DNA of 54,763 nucleotides, from positions 1 through 54,763 of the forward strand of contig JAGGWS010000057.1 in the NCBI GenBank assembly GCA_021163425.1. The letters run 5' to 3'. The notes under the pieces were generated by a model that saw nothing but the letters and a program-made list of their open reading frames with translations, had not been told where the DNA came from and ran no database searches. Shown here piece by piece: positions 31,400 through 41,190 of the stretch. This DNA comes from Candidatus Omnitrophota bacterium (GTDB lineage: Bacteria; Omnitrophota; Gorgyraeia; Duberdicusellales; Duberdicusellaceae). The stretch's first letter is position 1. Every line of letters begins with the position of its first letter. Made by a program: the position numbers and the translations under genes.

Positions 31400-31585
31400 A
31401 TGGCTACTTTAGCTAAGATTCAAAAGCAGAAGAAAAAGCCTAAATTTAAAGTAAGATACAGGAATAGGTGTAGACTCTGTGGAAGACCTCGAGGTTATAT
31501 CCGGGATTTTCAACTTTGCCGAATATGTTTTCGGGAGCTGGCTTGGCAGGGATTAATTCCCGGAGTTAAAAAAGCCAGCTGGTAA
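31400..31585 (+). CDS. rpsN: 30S ribosomal protein S14, type Z (Zn-binding)
   Basis: [26 protein letters not shown]; 61 aa. Confidence 0.98.
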   Translation: MATLAKIQKQKKKPKFKVRYRNRCRLCGRPRGYIRDFQLCRICFRELAWQGLIPGVKKASW

Positions 31586-31587
31586 AG

Positions 31588-31983
31588 ATGAGCAGACAGG
31601 ACTTAATCGCTGATAATTTAATCTCTCTTAAGAATGCCTCTTTAGTGGGTAGAGAAGAGGTAGTAGTTTCCTTTTCTAACTTTTTTCTTAGAATCTGCGA
31701 GGTTTTAAAAAGAGAAGGATACATTAGAAATTTTAGAGAAATGGAGGAGGGGAAGAAAAAATTTGTTAAAGTCTATCTTGATTATAAAGGTAAAAAACCT
31801 CTTATTTCTGAGGTAAAAAGAATATCTAAACCTTCTTTGAGAGTTTACGTGAAAAAAGATAAGATTCCTCAGGTATTAAAAGGAAAAGGTTTAGCCTTGA
31901 TTTCTACCTCTGAAGGAATCTTAACCGATAAGGAAGCCAGGGCTAAAGGTTTGGGAGGAGAAGTAGTTTGCTTTGTCTGGTGA
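31588..31983 (+). CDS. rpsH: 30S ribosomal protein S8
   Basis: DLIAD, RISKPSLRVY, ISTSEG, GGEV. Confidence 0.98.
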   Translation: MSRQDLIADNLISLKNASLVGREEVVVSFSNFFLRICEVLKREGYIRNFREMEEGKKKFVKVYLDYKGKKPLISEVKRISKPSLRVYVKKDKIPQVLKGKGLALISTSEGILTDKEARAKGLGGEVVCFVW

Positions 31984-32004
31984 AAGTAATTAAGAGTAAA
32001 AGAT

Positions 32005-32547
32005 ATGTCTAAGATAGGCAAAAAACCCATAGATTTACCATCAGGAGTTAAAGTTCAGGTTAAAGGTAAACAAGTTATAGTTGAAGGTTCTAAAGGAAAA
32101 TTGGAATATCAACTCCCCGAAGGTATTATTTTAAAAGAGAATGAACAAAAGATTTTTATAGAGAGAGCTTCTGAGACTAAGCAGGCAAAAGCTTTTCAGG
32201 GATTAGTGAGAGCTTTAATTTTTAATATGGTAAAAGGGGTTTCTGAAGGTTTTAAAAAGGAATTAGAGATAGTAGGAGTAGGCTATAAGGCCGAGGTGAA
32301 AAAGGAAAGCCTCCTTTTAGACTTAGGTTTTTCTCATCGGGTAGAAAAAGTTATACCTCCAGATTTAAAGGTGAGTGCGCCTTCTTCTACTCGAATAGTG
32401 GTAGAGGGGATTGATAAACAAAGAGTAGCTGAATTTGCGGCTCAAGTGAGAAGGATTAAGCCTCCTGAGCCTTATAAGGGCAAAGGGATTAGATATACCG
32501 GCGAACAGGTAAGAAAGAAGCTGGGTAAAGCTATGGCTAAAGGTTAA
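32005..32547 (+). CDS. rplF: 50S ribosomal protein L6
   Basis: [26 protein letters not shown]. Confidence 0.98.
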   Translation: MSKIGKKPIDLPSGVKVQVKGKQVIVEGSKGKLEYQLPEGIILKENEQKIFIERASETKQAKAFQGLVRALIFNMVKGVSEGFKKELEIVGVGYKAEVKKESLLLDLGFSHRVEKVIPPDLKVSAPSSTRIVVEGIDKQRVAEFAAQVRRIKPPEPYKGKGIRYTGEQVRKKLGKAMAKG

Positions 32548-32551
32548 TAAA

Positions 32552-32917
32552 ATGAGCAAAAAAAACAAGGGAGAATTGAGAAGAATAAGGCATAGGCGAG
32601 TAAGAAAGAAAGTTAAAGGAACGAAAGAAAGGCCCCGTCTTTGTGTTTTTAGAAGTAATAAACATATTTATGCTCAGATTATAGATGATGAGAAAGCTCA
32701 TACACTGCTTTCTGCTTCCAGTTTAGAAAAGGATTTCCAGCTTTTAAATAAAAAACCTTCTACTTCCGAAGGAGCTTATTATTTAGGTAAATTGATAGCA
32801 GAAAAAGCTAAAAAGGCCGGAATTGTCAAGGTTTGTTTTGATAGAGGAGGTTATCCTTATCATGGGAGAATTAAGAGATTAGCTGAAGGAGCTAAAGAAG
32901 GAGGTTTGATATTTTGA
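32552..32917 (+). CDS. rplR: 50S ribosomal protein L18
   Basis: [31 protein letters not shown]. Confidence 0.98.
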   Translation: MSKKNKGELRRIRHRRVRKKVKGTKERPRLCVFRSNKHIYAQIIDDEKAHTLLSASSLEKDFQLLNKKPSTSEGAYYLGKLIAEKAKKAGIVKVCFDRGGYPYHGRIKRLAEGAKEGGLIF

Positions 32918-33378
32918 GTCAACAAGAAGTTCTGTCTTCAGAAGAGGAAAGTTTTTTAGAAAAAGTTATCTTTATAAATAGAGTTACCAAGGTCACCAAG
33001 GGAGGTAAAAACCTTAACTTTTCAGCTTTGGTAGTAGCAGGAGATAGTAAGGGGAGAGTAGGATTTGGTTTGGGAAAGGCTCCAGAAGTAGCTGAAGCTA
33101 TTAGAAAAGGTATAAAATTAGCTAAGAAGAACTTAATGAAAGTACCTATAGAAAATACCACTATTCCTCATGAAATAACAGGAGAGTTTTCGGCAGTAAA
33201 AGTTTTACTTAAACCAGCTTCTTTAGGAACAGGAGTAATTGCCTGCCAGGCTGTCAGGGCTATTTGCGAAGCAGCTGGTGTTAAAAATATCCTTACTAAG
33301 GTTCTTACTAAATCTACTAATCCCATAAATGTGGTAAAAGCTACTTTTGAAGGGTTTAAAAAATTGAAGACGGATTAA
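32914..33378 (+). CDS. rpsE: 30S ribosomal protein S5
   Basis: [26 protein letters not shown]. Confidence 0.98.
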   Translation: MSQQEVLSSEEESFLEKVIFINRVTKVTKGGKNLNFSALVVAGDSKGRVGFGLGKAPEVAEAIRKGIKLAKKNLMKVPIENTTIPHEITGEFSAVKVLLKPASLGTGVIACQAVRAICEAAGVKNILTKVLTKSTNPINVVKATFEGFKKLKTD

Positions 33379-33379
33379 G

Positions 33380-33826
33380 ATGCAAATTCATAGTTTACCT
33401 AAGATAAAGAAGAAGAGTAAGAGATTGGGTCGAGGCCCTGGTTCAGGTAGGGGTAAGACTTCGGGGAGAGGTCATAAAGGAGTAAAGGCTAGAAGTGGCC
33501 GACTATTTTTTATAGGCTTTGCCGGAGGAAATTTACCTTATTTTAGGAGAATTCCTAAAAGAGGTTTTACTCATTTAAAGAGAAGAAAAGAAAGGTGGCA
33601 AATAGTTAATCTTAAGGACATAAATGAAAAGTTCAATGCTAACGAAGAAGTAAATCCCGACACTCTCTTTTCTAAGAGGCTGATAAAAGAAAGAAGCGGA
33701 TTAGTAAAGATTTTAGGAAAAGGCAATATTGAAAAAGCTTTAAGTTTTTCTGTTCACCGGGTTTCAGAGAAAGCTAAAGAAAAGATTGAAAAAGCAAAAG
33801 GAAAAATAGAGTGTTTAATTCCTTAG
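33380..33826 (+). CDS. rplO: 50S ribosomal protein L15
   Basis: RLGRGPGSGRGKTSGRGHKG, RRIPKRGF, VKILGKG. Confidence 0.98.
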   Translation: MQIHSLPKIKKKSKRLGRGPGSGRGKTSGRGHKGVKARSGRLFFIGFAGGNLPYFRRIPKRGFTHLKRRKERWQIVNLKDINEKFNANEEVNPDTLFSKRLIKERSGLVKILGKGNIEKALSFSVHRVSEKAKEKIEKAKGKIECLIP

Positions 33827-35166
33827 CTAATATTTTTAAGATTCAAGATTTAAGAAGGAAAATCCTAATAACCTTAGGGTTAATATTTATTTACAGGATA
33901 GGCTGCTTTATTCCTACTCCTGGGGTGGATGGTCAGGCTCTTTCTCAATTTTTTGAGAAATTAACTCAAAAACAAGGAGCTACTCTTTTTGGTTTTATAA
34001 ATTTATTTACTGGTGGAGCTTTAAGAAGATTAAGTGTTTTTGCTTTAGGGATTATGCCTTATATTTCAGCTTCAATAATTATGCAACTTCTTACGGCAGT
34101 AATTCCAGCTTTAGAGAAGATTGCTAAAGAAGGAAGAGCTGGTTACGAAAAGATAAATCAATATACCCGTTATGGCACTGTGTTGTTATGTATAGTTCAG
34201 GGTTTTTTTCTTTCTTTATGGCTGGAGAATAAGGGTAATTTTTTTGGGATGACTATTGTTCCTTATCCGGGTTTTCTCTTTAGATTAAATACGGTAATTA
34301 CTCTTTGTGCAGGAACTATTTTTATTATGTGGTTAGGTGAGCAGATTCAGGAAAGAGGAATTGGCAACGGTATATCCTTAATTATTACTGCCAGTATTTT
34401 ATCCCGGCTTCCCTCTTCTTTATATCAGCTCTGGGTGCTTTATTCTCCCTTTAATCCTGCTCAGCGACAAATTTCTACTTTTACAGTAGTGTCTTTATTT
34501 ATTCTTTGGTTTTTAGTAATAGTAGGGGTAGTCTTATTTTCTCAGGCTCAAAGAAGAATACCTGTTCAGTATGCCCGGAGAGTAGTAGGAAGAAGGATTT
34601 ATGGAGGTCAATCTACTTACCTCCCTATTCGGGTAGATATGGCTGGAGTAATTGCTATAATTTTTGCTCAATCAGTCCTTTTATTCCCTTCTACTTTAGC
34701 TACCTTTTTTCCTAAAGCCTCTTTTTTAAATAGGGTATTTTCTCAATTTATCCGAAGTCAGGGGCTCTGGTATAACCTTAGTTATGTAATTTTAATTATA
34801 TTTTTTATGTATTTTTATACCGCCATTGTTTTCAACCCTGTAGAGATTGCCAATAATTTGAAAAAATATGGAGGTTTTATCCCCGGAGTAAGGCCAGGAG
34901 AAAATACCGCTAAATACTTAGACTATATAGCTACCCGTTTAGTATTTGCTGGAGCTATATATATCTCTTTAATAGCAATTTTGCCTTCTTTAATAATGAG
35001 GACATTTAATATACCATCTTATGCTATTGCTTCTTTTTTTGGAGGCACTACCGTGCTTATTTTTGTAGGAGTAATGTTAGATACAATGCGCCAGATTGAG
35101 TCTCAATTAATTCTTCATCATTATCAGGGATTTATGAAGAAAGGGAAGTTAAGAGGGAGGAGATGA
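33811..35166 (+). CDS. secY: Preprotein translocase subunit SecY
   Basis: FALGIMPYISASII, GIGNGISL, FIPGVRPG, GGT. Confidence 0.98.
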   Translation: MFNSLANIFKIQDLRRKILITLGLIFIYRIGCFIPTPGVDGQALSQFFEKLTQKQGATLFGFINLFTGGALRRLSVFALGIMPYISASIIMQLLTAVIPALEKIAKEGRAGYEKINQYTRYGTVLLCIVQGFFLSLWLENKGNFFGMTIVPYPGFLFRLNTVITLCAGTIFIMWLGEQIQERGIGNGISLIITASILSRLPSSLYQLWVLYSPFNPAQRQISTFTVVSLFILWFLVIVGVVLFSQAQRRIPVQYARRVVGRRIYGGQSTYLPIRVDMAGVIAIIFAQSVLLFPSTLATFFPKASFLNRVFSQFIRSQGLWYNLSYVILIIFFMYFYTAIVFNPVEIANNLKKYGGFIPGVRPGENTAKYLDYIATRLVFAGAIYISLIAILPSLIMRTFNIPSYAIASFFGGTTVLIFVGVMLDTMRQIESQLILHHYQGFMKKGKLRGRR

Positions 35167-35825
35167 ATTTAATTTTATTAGGGGCTCCAGGTAGTGGTAA
35201 AGGTACTGAGGCTAAGTTTTTAGCTGAGTATTACAAGATAAAAAAGATTGTTTTAGGGGATATATTAAGAGAGGAAGTAAAAAACAATACTTCTTTAGGC
35301 AAAATAGTTTCTGAATATATGAAAAAAGGTATTTTAGTTCCCGATGATATTATAATGAAGGTTGTCCGGGAAAAGCTGGATTCTGCTGGATTTGTCCTTG
35401 ATGGTTTCCCTCGCAATTTAGCTCAAGCTGAGATGTTGGAAGAAATCTTAAAAGAAAAAGCCCTTAGCTTAGATGGGGTTATTTATCTTAAAGTTAATGA
35501 GGAGAAAGCTGTAGAAAGGCTTTCGGGAAGAAGAGTTTGCAAAAACTGTGGAGCAATTTACCATATAGTAAATATGCCTCCTCAAAAAGAGGGTATTTGT
35601 GATAAGTGTGGAGGAAAGTTGATAATAAGGGATGATGATAGAGAAGAGACAGTGAGGAAAAGATGGCAAGTATTTAGAAGAGAGACCTTTCCTTTAATTA
35701 GCTATTATTTAAAAGATTCTAAACTTTTAGAAGTTGACGCCAATAAATCTAAAGAAGAAGTATTTCTGGAGATAAAAAAGGCTTTGGATTCTTATGGTAA
35801 AGATAAAGACTTCTCAGGAAATTAA
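35163..35825 (+). CDS. adk: Adenylate kinase with Zn-binding lid
   Basis: GAPGSGKGT, LDGFPRN, C-x2-C-x16-C-x2-C lid, RDDD. Confidence 0.96.
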   Translation: MNLILLGAPGSGKGTEAKFLAEYYKIKKIVLGDILREEVKNNTSLGKIVSEYMKKGILVPDDIIMKVVREKLDSAGFVLDGFPRNLAQAEMLEEILKEKALSLDGVIYLKVNEEKAVERLSGRRVCKNCGAIYHIVNMPPQKEGICDKCGGKLIIRDDDREETVRKRWQVFRRETFPLISYYLKDSKLLEVDANKSKEEVFLEIKKALDSYGKDKDFSGN

Positions 35826-36540
35826 GTTAATGAGGAAACTGGGTAAGATTACTTCTTTAATTATAAAGAGAGTGGCGAAGTATGCTAAGCCGGGAATTTC
35901 AACAAAAGATTTAGAAATTCAAGCTAATATCTTAATGGAAAGGTTTAAAGTGAAGCCAGCTTTTTTGGGATATAAAGGTTTTCCTTCTTCTTTATGCATT
36001 TCTTTAAATGAGGAGTTAATCCACGGCATACCCTCTCCAGAGAAAATTTTAAAAAAAGGAGATTTAGTAAGTATTGATTTAGGACTTTATGATGGTAGCT
36101 TTTATTCTGATTGTACTTATAGTTTTTCCTTAGGAAGGCCTTCATCTTTAGCTGAAGATTTATTGAGAGTAGGGAAGATTGCTTTGAAAAGAGCAATTGC
36201 AATTATCAAGCCTAAAATGAAGATAGGAGATATTGGCTACACTATCCAGAGTTTTGTGGAAAGAGCAGGGTTTTGTGTAGTCAAACAATTTGTAGGCCAC
36301 GGCATAGGCAGACAGTTGCATGAAGAACCAGAAGTTCCCAATTTTGGAAGACCTTCTGAGGGGTTAGAACTTAAAGAAGGTATGACCTTAGCGATTGAGC
36401 CTATGCTTGCTGTGGAAAGTGCTGAGGTAGAGATATTAGAAGATGGATGGACAGTAGTCTCTAAAGATAGAAATTTGTGTGTTCATTTTGAGCATACTAT
36501 AGCAGTAACCAAAAAAGGATGCTGGGTACTTACTGCTTAA
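35794..36540 (+). CDS. map: Methionine aminopeptidase type I
   Basis: [33 protein letters not shown]. Confidence 0.97.
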   Translation: MVKIKTSQEIKLMRKLGKITSLIIKRVAKYAKPGISTKDLEIQANILMERFKVKPAFLGYKGFPSSLCISLNEELIHGIPSPEKILKKGDLVSIDLGLYDGSFYSDCTYSFSLGRPSSLAEDLLRVGKIALKRAIAIIKPKMKIGDIGYTIQSFVERAGFCVVKQFVGHGIGRQLHEEPEVPNFGRPSEGLELKEGMTLAIEPMLAVESAEVEILEDGWTVVSKDRNLCVHFEHTIAVTKKGCWVLTA

Positions 36541-36550
36541 TAAGGATAAG

Positions 36551-36766
36551 ATGGCTAAAGAGGAACTTATTGAGGTTGAGGGAGAAATAATTGAAACTTT
36601 ACCTAATGCGATGTTTCGGGTAAGACTCGAGGGCGGACACATTGTTTTAGCTCATGTTTGTGGAAAGATGAGGATGCATTTTATAAGAATTTTACCTGGT
36701 GATAGAGTAAAGCTTGAACTTTCTCCTTATGATTTAAGTCGGGGAAGGATTATCCGGAGGTTGTAA
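36551..36766 (+). CDS. infA: Translation initiation factor IF-1
   Basis: [27 protein letters not shown]. Confidence 0.99.
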   Translation: MAKEELIEVEGEIIETLPNAMFRVRLEGGHIVLAHVCGKMRMHFIRILPGDRVKLELSPYDLSRGRIIRRL

Positions 36767-36880
36767 GTGAAGGTAAGAGCTTCTATTCGAAAAATTTGTG
36801 AAAACTGTAAGATTATAAAGAGAAGGGGTATATTAAGGGTGGTTTGTAAGAACCCTAAGCATAAGCAACGTCAAGGCTAA
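36767..36880 (+). CDS. rpmJ: 50S ribosomal protein L36, Zn-binding form (absent from the ORF track)
   Basis: GTG start; [37 protein letters not shown]. Confidence 0.97.
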   Translation: MKVRASIRKICENCKIIKRRGILRVVCKNPKHKQRQG

Positions 36881-36895
36881 AATAAGGAGGTTGGA

Positions 36896-37270
36896 GTGCC
36901 GAGAATATTAGGTATAGATATCCCTGCTAATAAGAAAGTTCTCTATTCTTTGAGATATATATATGGGATAGGTCCTTATAGGGCTGAAGTTGTTTTGAGA
37001 ACTGCCGGGATAAATCCTGATAAAAAAGCCAGGGATTTAACTGACGATGAAGTTTCCCGGATAGCAGGAGTAATTCAGAAAAATTTTAAAGTAGAAGGAG
37101 CTTTGAGGAGAGAAGTAAGTCAGAATATAAAAAGACTTATTGATATAGGTTCCTATCGGGGGACAAGACACAGAAAAGGTCTTCCGGTAAGAGGACAGAG
37201 GACTCGTTGTAATGCCCGTACCAGAAAGGGGCCAAGGCCTAAGGTAGGAGGGATAAAGAGGAAAGGGTAG
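36896..37270 (+). CDS. rpsM: 30S ribosomal protein S13
   Basis: [23 protein letters not shown]. Confidence 0.99.
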   Translation: MPRILGIDIPANKKVLYSLRYIYGIGPYRAEVVLRTAGINPDKKARDLTDDEVSRIAGVIQKNFKVEGALRREVSQNIKRLIDIGSYRGTRHRKGLPVRGQRTRCNARTRKGPRPKVGGIKRKG

Positions 37271-37275
37271 CAATT

Positions 37276-37674
37276 ATGGCTAGACCTAAATCTAAAGCCG
37301 GAAAGAGAAGAAAAAAGATTTTAGTAAAAGAATCTTTGGGGGTTGCTCATATAAAGTCTACATTTAATAATACTATTATTACTATTACTGATAGGCAGGG
37401 TAATGTCTTAGTTTGGGGTTCTGCGGGAACTTCGGGGTTTAAGGGTACTAAGAAGTCCACTCCTTACGCTGCTCAGATTACTGCGAGAGAAGTAGCTAAG
37501 AAGGCAAAAGAGGCTGGTTTAAAGGAGTTGATAGTAAGAGTTAAAGGCCCAGGTCCGGGAAGAGAAGCAGCTATTAGGTCTTTACAGGGTTCAGGTTTAG
37601 CTATAAAGAGCGTAAAAGATGTAACTCCTGTACCCCATAATGGATGTAGACCTCGAAAAAAGAGAAGAGTTTAA
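37276..37674 (+). CDS. rpsK: 30S ribosomal protein S11
   Basis: [27 protein letters not shown]. Confidence 0.99.
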   Translation: MARPKSKAGKRRKKILVKESLGVAHIKSTFNNTIITITDRQGNVLVWGSAGTSGFKGTKKSTPYAAQITAREVAKKAKEAGLKELIVRVKGPGPGREAAIRSLQGSGLAIKSVKDVTPVPHNGCRPRKKRRV

Positions 37675-37689
37675 TAGAAGGAGAAACTA

Positions 37690-38322
37690 ATGGCTAAATA
37701 TACAGGATCTAGATGCAGACTTTGCAGGAGAGAAGGAACAAAGCTTTTTCTTAAAGGAGAAAAGTGCACGAGTGAGAAGTGTCCTTTTTCTAAGAGACCC
37801 TATCCTCCGGGAATGAAAGGAAGACTTTCTTCGTCTAAAGCTTCCTATTATGCTTTGCAATTGAGGGAAAAACAGAAAGTGAAGAGAATTTACGGAGTTT
37901 TGGAAAGACAGTTCAGGAGATATTACCAATTAGCCTCTAAATCTAAAGGAGTTACTGGTAAGCTTCTTCTCCAGTTTTTAGAGAGAAGGTTGGACAATGT
38001 AGTATTTAGGCTTCTTTTTGCTTTATCCCGTTCTCAAGCTCGCCAAATAGTCAGGCACGGGTTTGTATTTGTGAATGGCAGGAGAGTTGATATTCCTTCT
38101 TTTTTGGTTAGAGTAAATGATAAGATAGAGATAAGAAGTAATTCTAAAATAATAGACATAATTAAAAAGAATATTGAGACAGCTTCTAAGGAGAGGAGCG
38201 TAGTTAGCTGGCTTTTCTTAGATAAAGAGAATTTGAAAGCCGAAGTTCTTAGGCTTCCTGAAAAAGAAGATATAACAGCTCCCATTAGTGAACAACTGAT
38301 TGTAGAATTGTATTCTAAATAG
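37690..38322 (+). CDS. rpsD: 30S ribosomal protein S4 (Zn-binding form)
   Basis: CRLCRREG..C..C, QLREKQK, LERRLDNVV, VELYSK. Confidence 0.99.
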   Translation: MAKYTGSRCRLCRREGTKLFLKGEKCTSEKCPFSKRPYPPGMKGRLSSSKASYYALQLREKQKVKRIYGVLERQFRRYYQLASKSKGVTGKLLLQFLERRLDNVVFRLLFALSRSQARQIVRHGFVFVNGRRVDIPSFLVRVNDKIEIRSNSKIIDIIKKNIETASKERSVVSWLFLDKENLKAEVLRLPEKEDITAPISEQLIVELYSK

Positions 38323-38361
38323 AATGAGAGGATAAAATTTAAGCTTTCAGGGAGGTAAAAG

Positions 38362-39363
38362 ATGGGAATAAAATGGAAGGATTTTCAATTTCCAAGAAGA
38401 GTAATAGTGGAAGAAGGCACTTATTCTTCAACTTATGGTAAGTTTATAGCCAGCCCTTTTGAGAGAGGCTACGGAGTTACTTTAGGTAATGCTTTCCGAA
38501 GAATTCTCCTTTCTTCTATAGAGGGGGTAGCTGTAACTTCTGTAAAATTTGAGGGGGTAAGTCATGAATTTTCTACAATTCCCGGAGTTTTAGAAGATGT
38601 TCCAGAAATCATTCTCAATATTAAAAACCTGGTTTTAAAATCTTATACGAGGGCTCCTAAAAAAATATATATAAAAAAAACTCAAAAGGGAGAAGTAAAG
38701 GCAAGCGATATTATTACTGATGAAACAATAGAAGTAATTAACAAAGATTTACATATTGCTACTTTAACTGAAAATGCTAATTTCTCTGTAGAGATGGAGG
38801 TAAGCAGAGGTAGAGGATTTGTCTCTGAAGAGCTAAATCGTAGAGAAGATGCTCCTATAGGTACAATTGCAGTAGATTCTATCTTTTCGCCGGTAAAAAA
38901 AGTAAATTTTAGAGTAGAGAATACCCGGGTAGGTAAAAGTACTGATTACGATGCTTTAACTTTAGAAATCTGGACTAATGGAGTTATAGAGCCTAAAGAG
39001 GCCTTAGTCTATGCTGCTACTATTTTGAGTAAACATTTAACCTTATTTATGAATTTGGCTCAGATTGAAGAGAAAGAGGAGGAAGAGGAAGAAGAACTTA
39101 CTCCTGAGGAAGTTTCTCTTTACGAAAAGTTGAGGCTCCCGGTTAGTGAGCTGGAACTTTCAGTAAGAAGTGCAAATTGTTTAAGAGAAGCTAATGTGAA
39201 AACTTTAGCGGATTTAGTAGAAAAAACTGAACAGGATATGCTTTCTTATCGCAATTTTGGGAAGAAATCCTTAAATGAAATAATTACTCTTCTCAAAAGT
39301 ATGGGGCTTTCTTTGGGGATGCAGGTAGATAGGGGTAAACTAAAAAAGTTAGAAACGAGGTAA
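38362..39363 (+). CDS. rpoA: RNA polymerase alpha subunit
   Basis: PFERGYGVTLGN, HEFSTIPGV.EDV, ELELSVRSANCL, NFGKKSL. Confidence 0.99.
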   Translation: MGIKWKDFQFPRRVIVEEGTYSSTYGKFIASPFERGYGVTLGNAFRRILLSSIEGVAVTSVKFEGVSHEFSTIPGVLEDVPEIILNIKNLVLKSYTRAPKKIYIKKTQKGEVKASDIITDETIEVINKDLHIATLTENANFSVEMEVSRGRGFVSEELNRREDAPIGTIAVDSIFSPVKKVNFRVENTRVGKSTDYDALTLEIWTNGVIEPKEALVYAATILSKHLTLFMNLAQIEEKEEEEEEELTPEEVSLYEKLRLPVSELELSVRSANCLREANVKTLADLVEKTEQDMLSYRNFGKKSLNEIITLLKSMGLSLGMQVDRGKLKKLETR

Positions 39364-39364
39364 G

Positions 39365-39880
39365 ATGAGACATAGAAGAAAGAAACGGCTTTCGGGCTCA
39401 AGAAGTTTAAGGAGAGCTCAGATTAAGAGTTTGATTAGAGCCTTGCTAATTTATGAAAGAATAAAGACCACCACTCGCAAAGCAAAATTAGCTGCTGCAG
39501 AAGTAGAGAAACTAATTAGCCGGGGTAAAAAAGGAGATTTAGCCTCGAGAAGAATTGCTTATTCAATATTAGGAGACCATAAGTTAGTAAAAAAGTTATT
39601 TGAAGATATAGCTGTCCGGTTTAAAGAAACTCCTGGGGGTTATACCCGGGTAATAAACTTAGGTTCAAGAAAGGGAGATGGTGCTGATTTGTCAATTCTT
39701 GAACTCACTCTTCTTAAAGAAAGACCTAAAAAGAAAAAGAAGAAAGAAAAGGCTGAACAAGTTGTTAGCCCTGAACATAAACCTTCTTTGAAAGAAGCAC
39801 CTAAAAAGACATATCCTCCTAAAGGAGGTTTTCGTCAGGCTTTAAAGAAGATATTTAAGAAAGAAAGAGATGCTTTATAA
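39365..39880 (+). CDS. rplQ: 50S ribosomal protein L17 with a basic C-terminal extension
   Basis: MRHR, ERIKTT, GGYTRV, RKGDGA. Confidence 0.97.
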   Translation: MRHRRKKRLSGSRSLRRAQIKSLIRALLIYERIKTTTRKAKLAAAEVEKLISRGKKGDLASRRIAYSILGDHKLVKKLFEDIAVRFKETPGGYTRVINLGSRKGDGADLSILELTLLKERPKKKKKKEKAEQVVSPEHKPSLKEAPKKTYPPKGGFRQALKKIFKKERDAL

Positions 39881-39922
39881 TTTTTACCCCGCACCTCTAA
39901 CTTTTTATTGGTAATTTGCCAG

Positions 39923-41188
39923 ATGGGTAAGACTATAATAGAAAAGATTTTTTCCAACCATGCCGGAAAATCTCTGAAAGCTGAAGATGTAGCTATTTGT
40001 AAGGTAGACTTCTGTTTTTCTCAAGATGGAACTTCTTCTTTGGTAATATCGGCCTTTAAAAAATTTAGACAACCCCGCCTTCTTTATCCTAAGAAATATT
40101 CAATGTTTATTGACCACAACGCTCCTTCTCCTAATGTAGGGGTTTCTTCAGTCCATCAAAAAATGAGAGAATTTTGCTCTCAGTGGGGGTGTAAAGTTTA
40201 TCAACCTTCTGAAGGTATTTCCCACCAAATTATAATTGAAAAAGGTATAGCTCTACCGGGTTCTCTTATCTTAGGGGCTGACTCTCATACTCCTACCTGT
40301 GGAATATTAGGAGGGTGTGGGATACCTGTAGGTTCTACTGACTTAGCTGTGGCTTTGACTTATGGTAAGAATTGGTTCAGGGTTCCTCAAACTATTAAAA
40401 TTGTTTTGAGGGGTAAGCTCCCTTGGGGAGTGTTTAGTAAAGATATAGCCTTGTATATAGTAAAAAGTCTTACTTCCCAAGGAGCTACTTATAAAGCTAT
40501 AGAATACGAAGGCCCTTTAATTAATTCTTTATCTTTGGATGCCCGAGCTACTCTTACTAATATGGCTACAGAGATGGGGGCAAAGACTGCTTTAATTAAG
40601 CCTGATCGAAAAGTATTTAACTATTTAAGAAGTATTGGCAGGAAAAAGTTTAAACCCATATACTCTGATAGACAAGCAAAATATGAAAAAATTTATGAAT
40701 TCAATCTGAGCAAACTTACTCCTTTAGTCGCTCAGCCTCATAATGTAGATAATATAACTGGAGTTGAAAGCTTAAAGTCAGTTAAAATTCAGCAGGCTTT
40801 TATTGGAACCTGCACTAACGGTAGACTTGAAGATTTAAAGATATCTGCTTTAATATTAAAGGGAAGAAAAGTCCAAAAAGATGTTAGACTGTTGATAGCT
40901 CCGGCATCAAGAAGGATTTTAGAGAAAGCATATAGGTTAGGTTTAATCCGGGTATTTGTGGAAGCAGGAGCCATAATTTTACCTCCGGGGTGTGGGCCTT
41001 GTGTAGGAACCCATCAAGGTATACCTGCTGATGGAGAAGTAGTAATATCTACTGCTAATAGAAATTTTAAAGGAAGGATGGGTAATCCCGATTCTCTTAT
41101 TTATTTAGCTTCTCCAGCTGTGGTTTCTGCTTCGGCAATAACCGGCAGGATTACTGATCCTCGGAAGTTTTTAAAAGTAAAGGAGTAG
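39923..41188 (+). CDS. LeuC/HacA-family Fe-S hydro-lyase large subunit (probable aconitase-like)
   Basis: DH, GISHQ, GADSHT, FIGTCTNGR, PGCGPCVG, STANRNFKGRMG; ATG 39923 preferred. Confidence 0.9.
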   Translation: MGKTIIEKIFSNHAGKSLKAEDVAICKVDFCFSQDGTSSLVISAFKKFRQPRLLYPKKYSMFIDHNAPSPNVGVSSVHQKMREFCSQWGCKVYQPSEGISHQIIIEKGIALPGSLILGADSHTPTCGILGGCGIPVGSTDLAVALTYGKNWFRVPQTIKIVLRGKLPWGVFSKDIALYIVKSLTSQGATYKAIEYEGPLINSLSLDARATLTNMATEMGAKTALIKPDRKVFNYLRSIGRKKFKPIYSDRQAKYEKIYEFNLSKLTPLVAQPHNVDNITGVESLKSVKIQQAFIGTCTNGRLEDLKISALILKGRKVQKDVRLLIAPASRRILEKAYRLGLIRVFVEAGAIILPPGCGPCVGTHQGIPADGEVVISTANRNFKGRMGNPDSLIYLASPAVVSASAITGRITDPRKFLKVKE

Positions 41189-41190
41189 AT

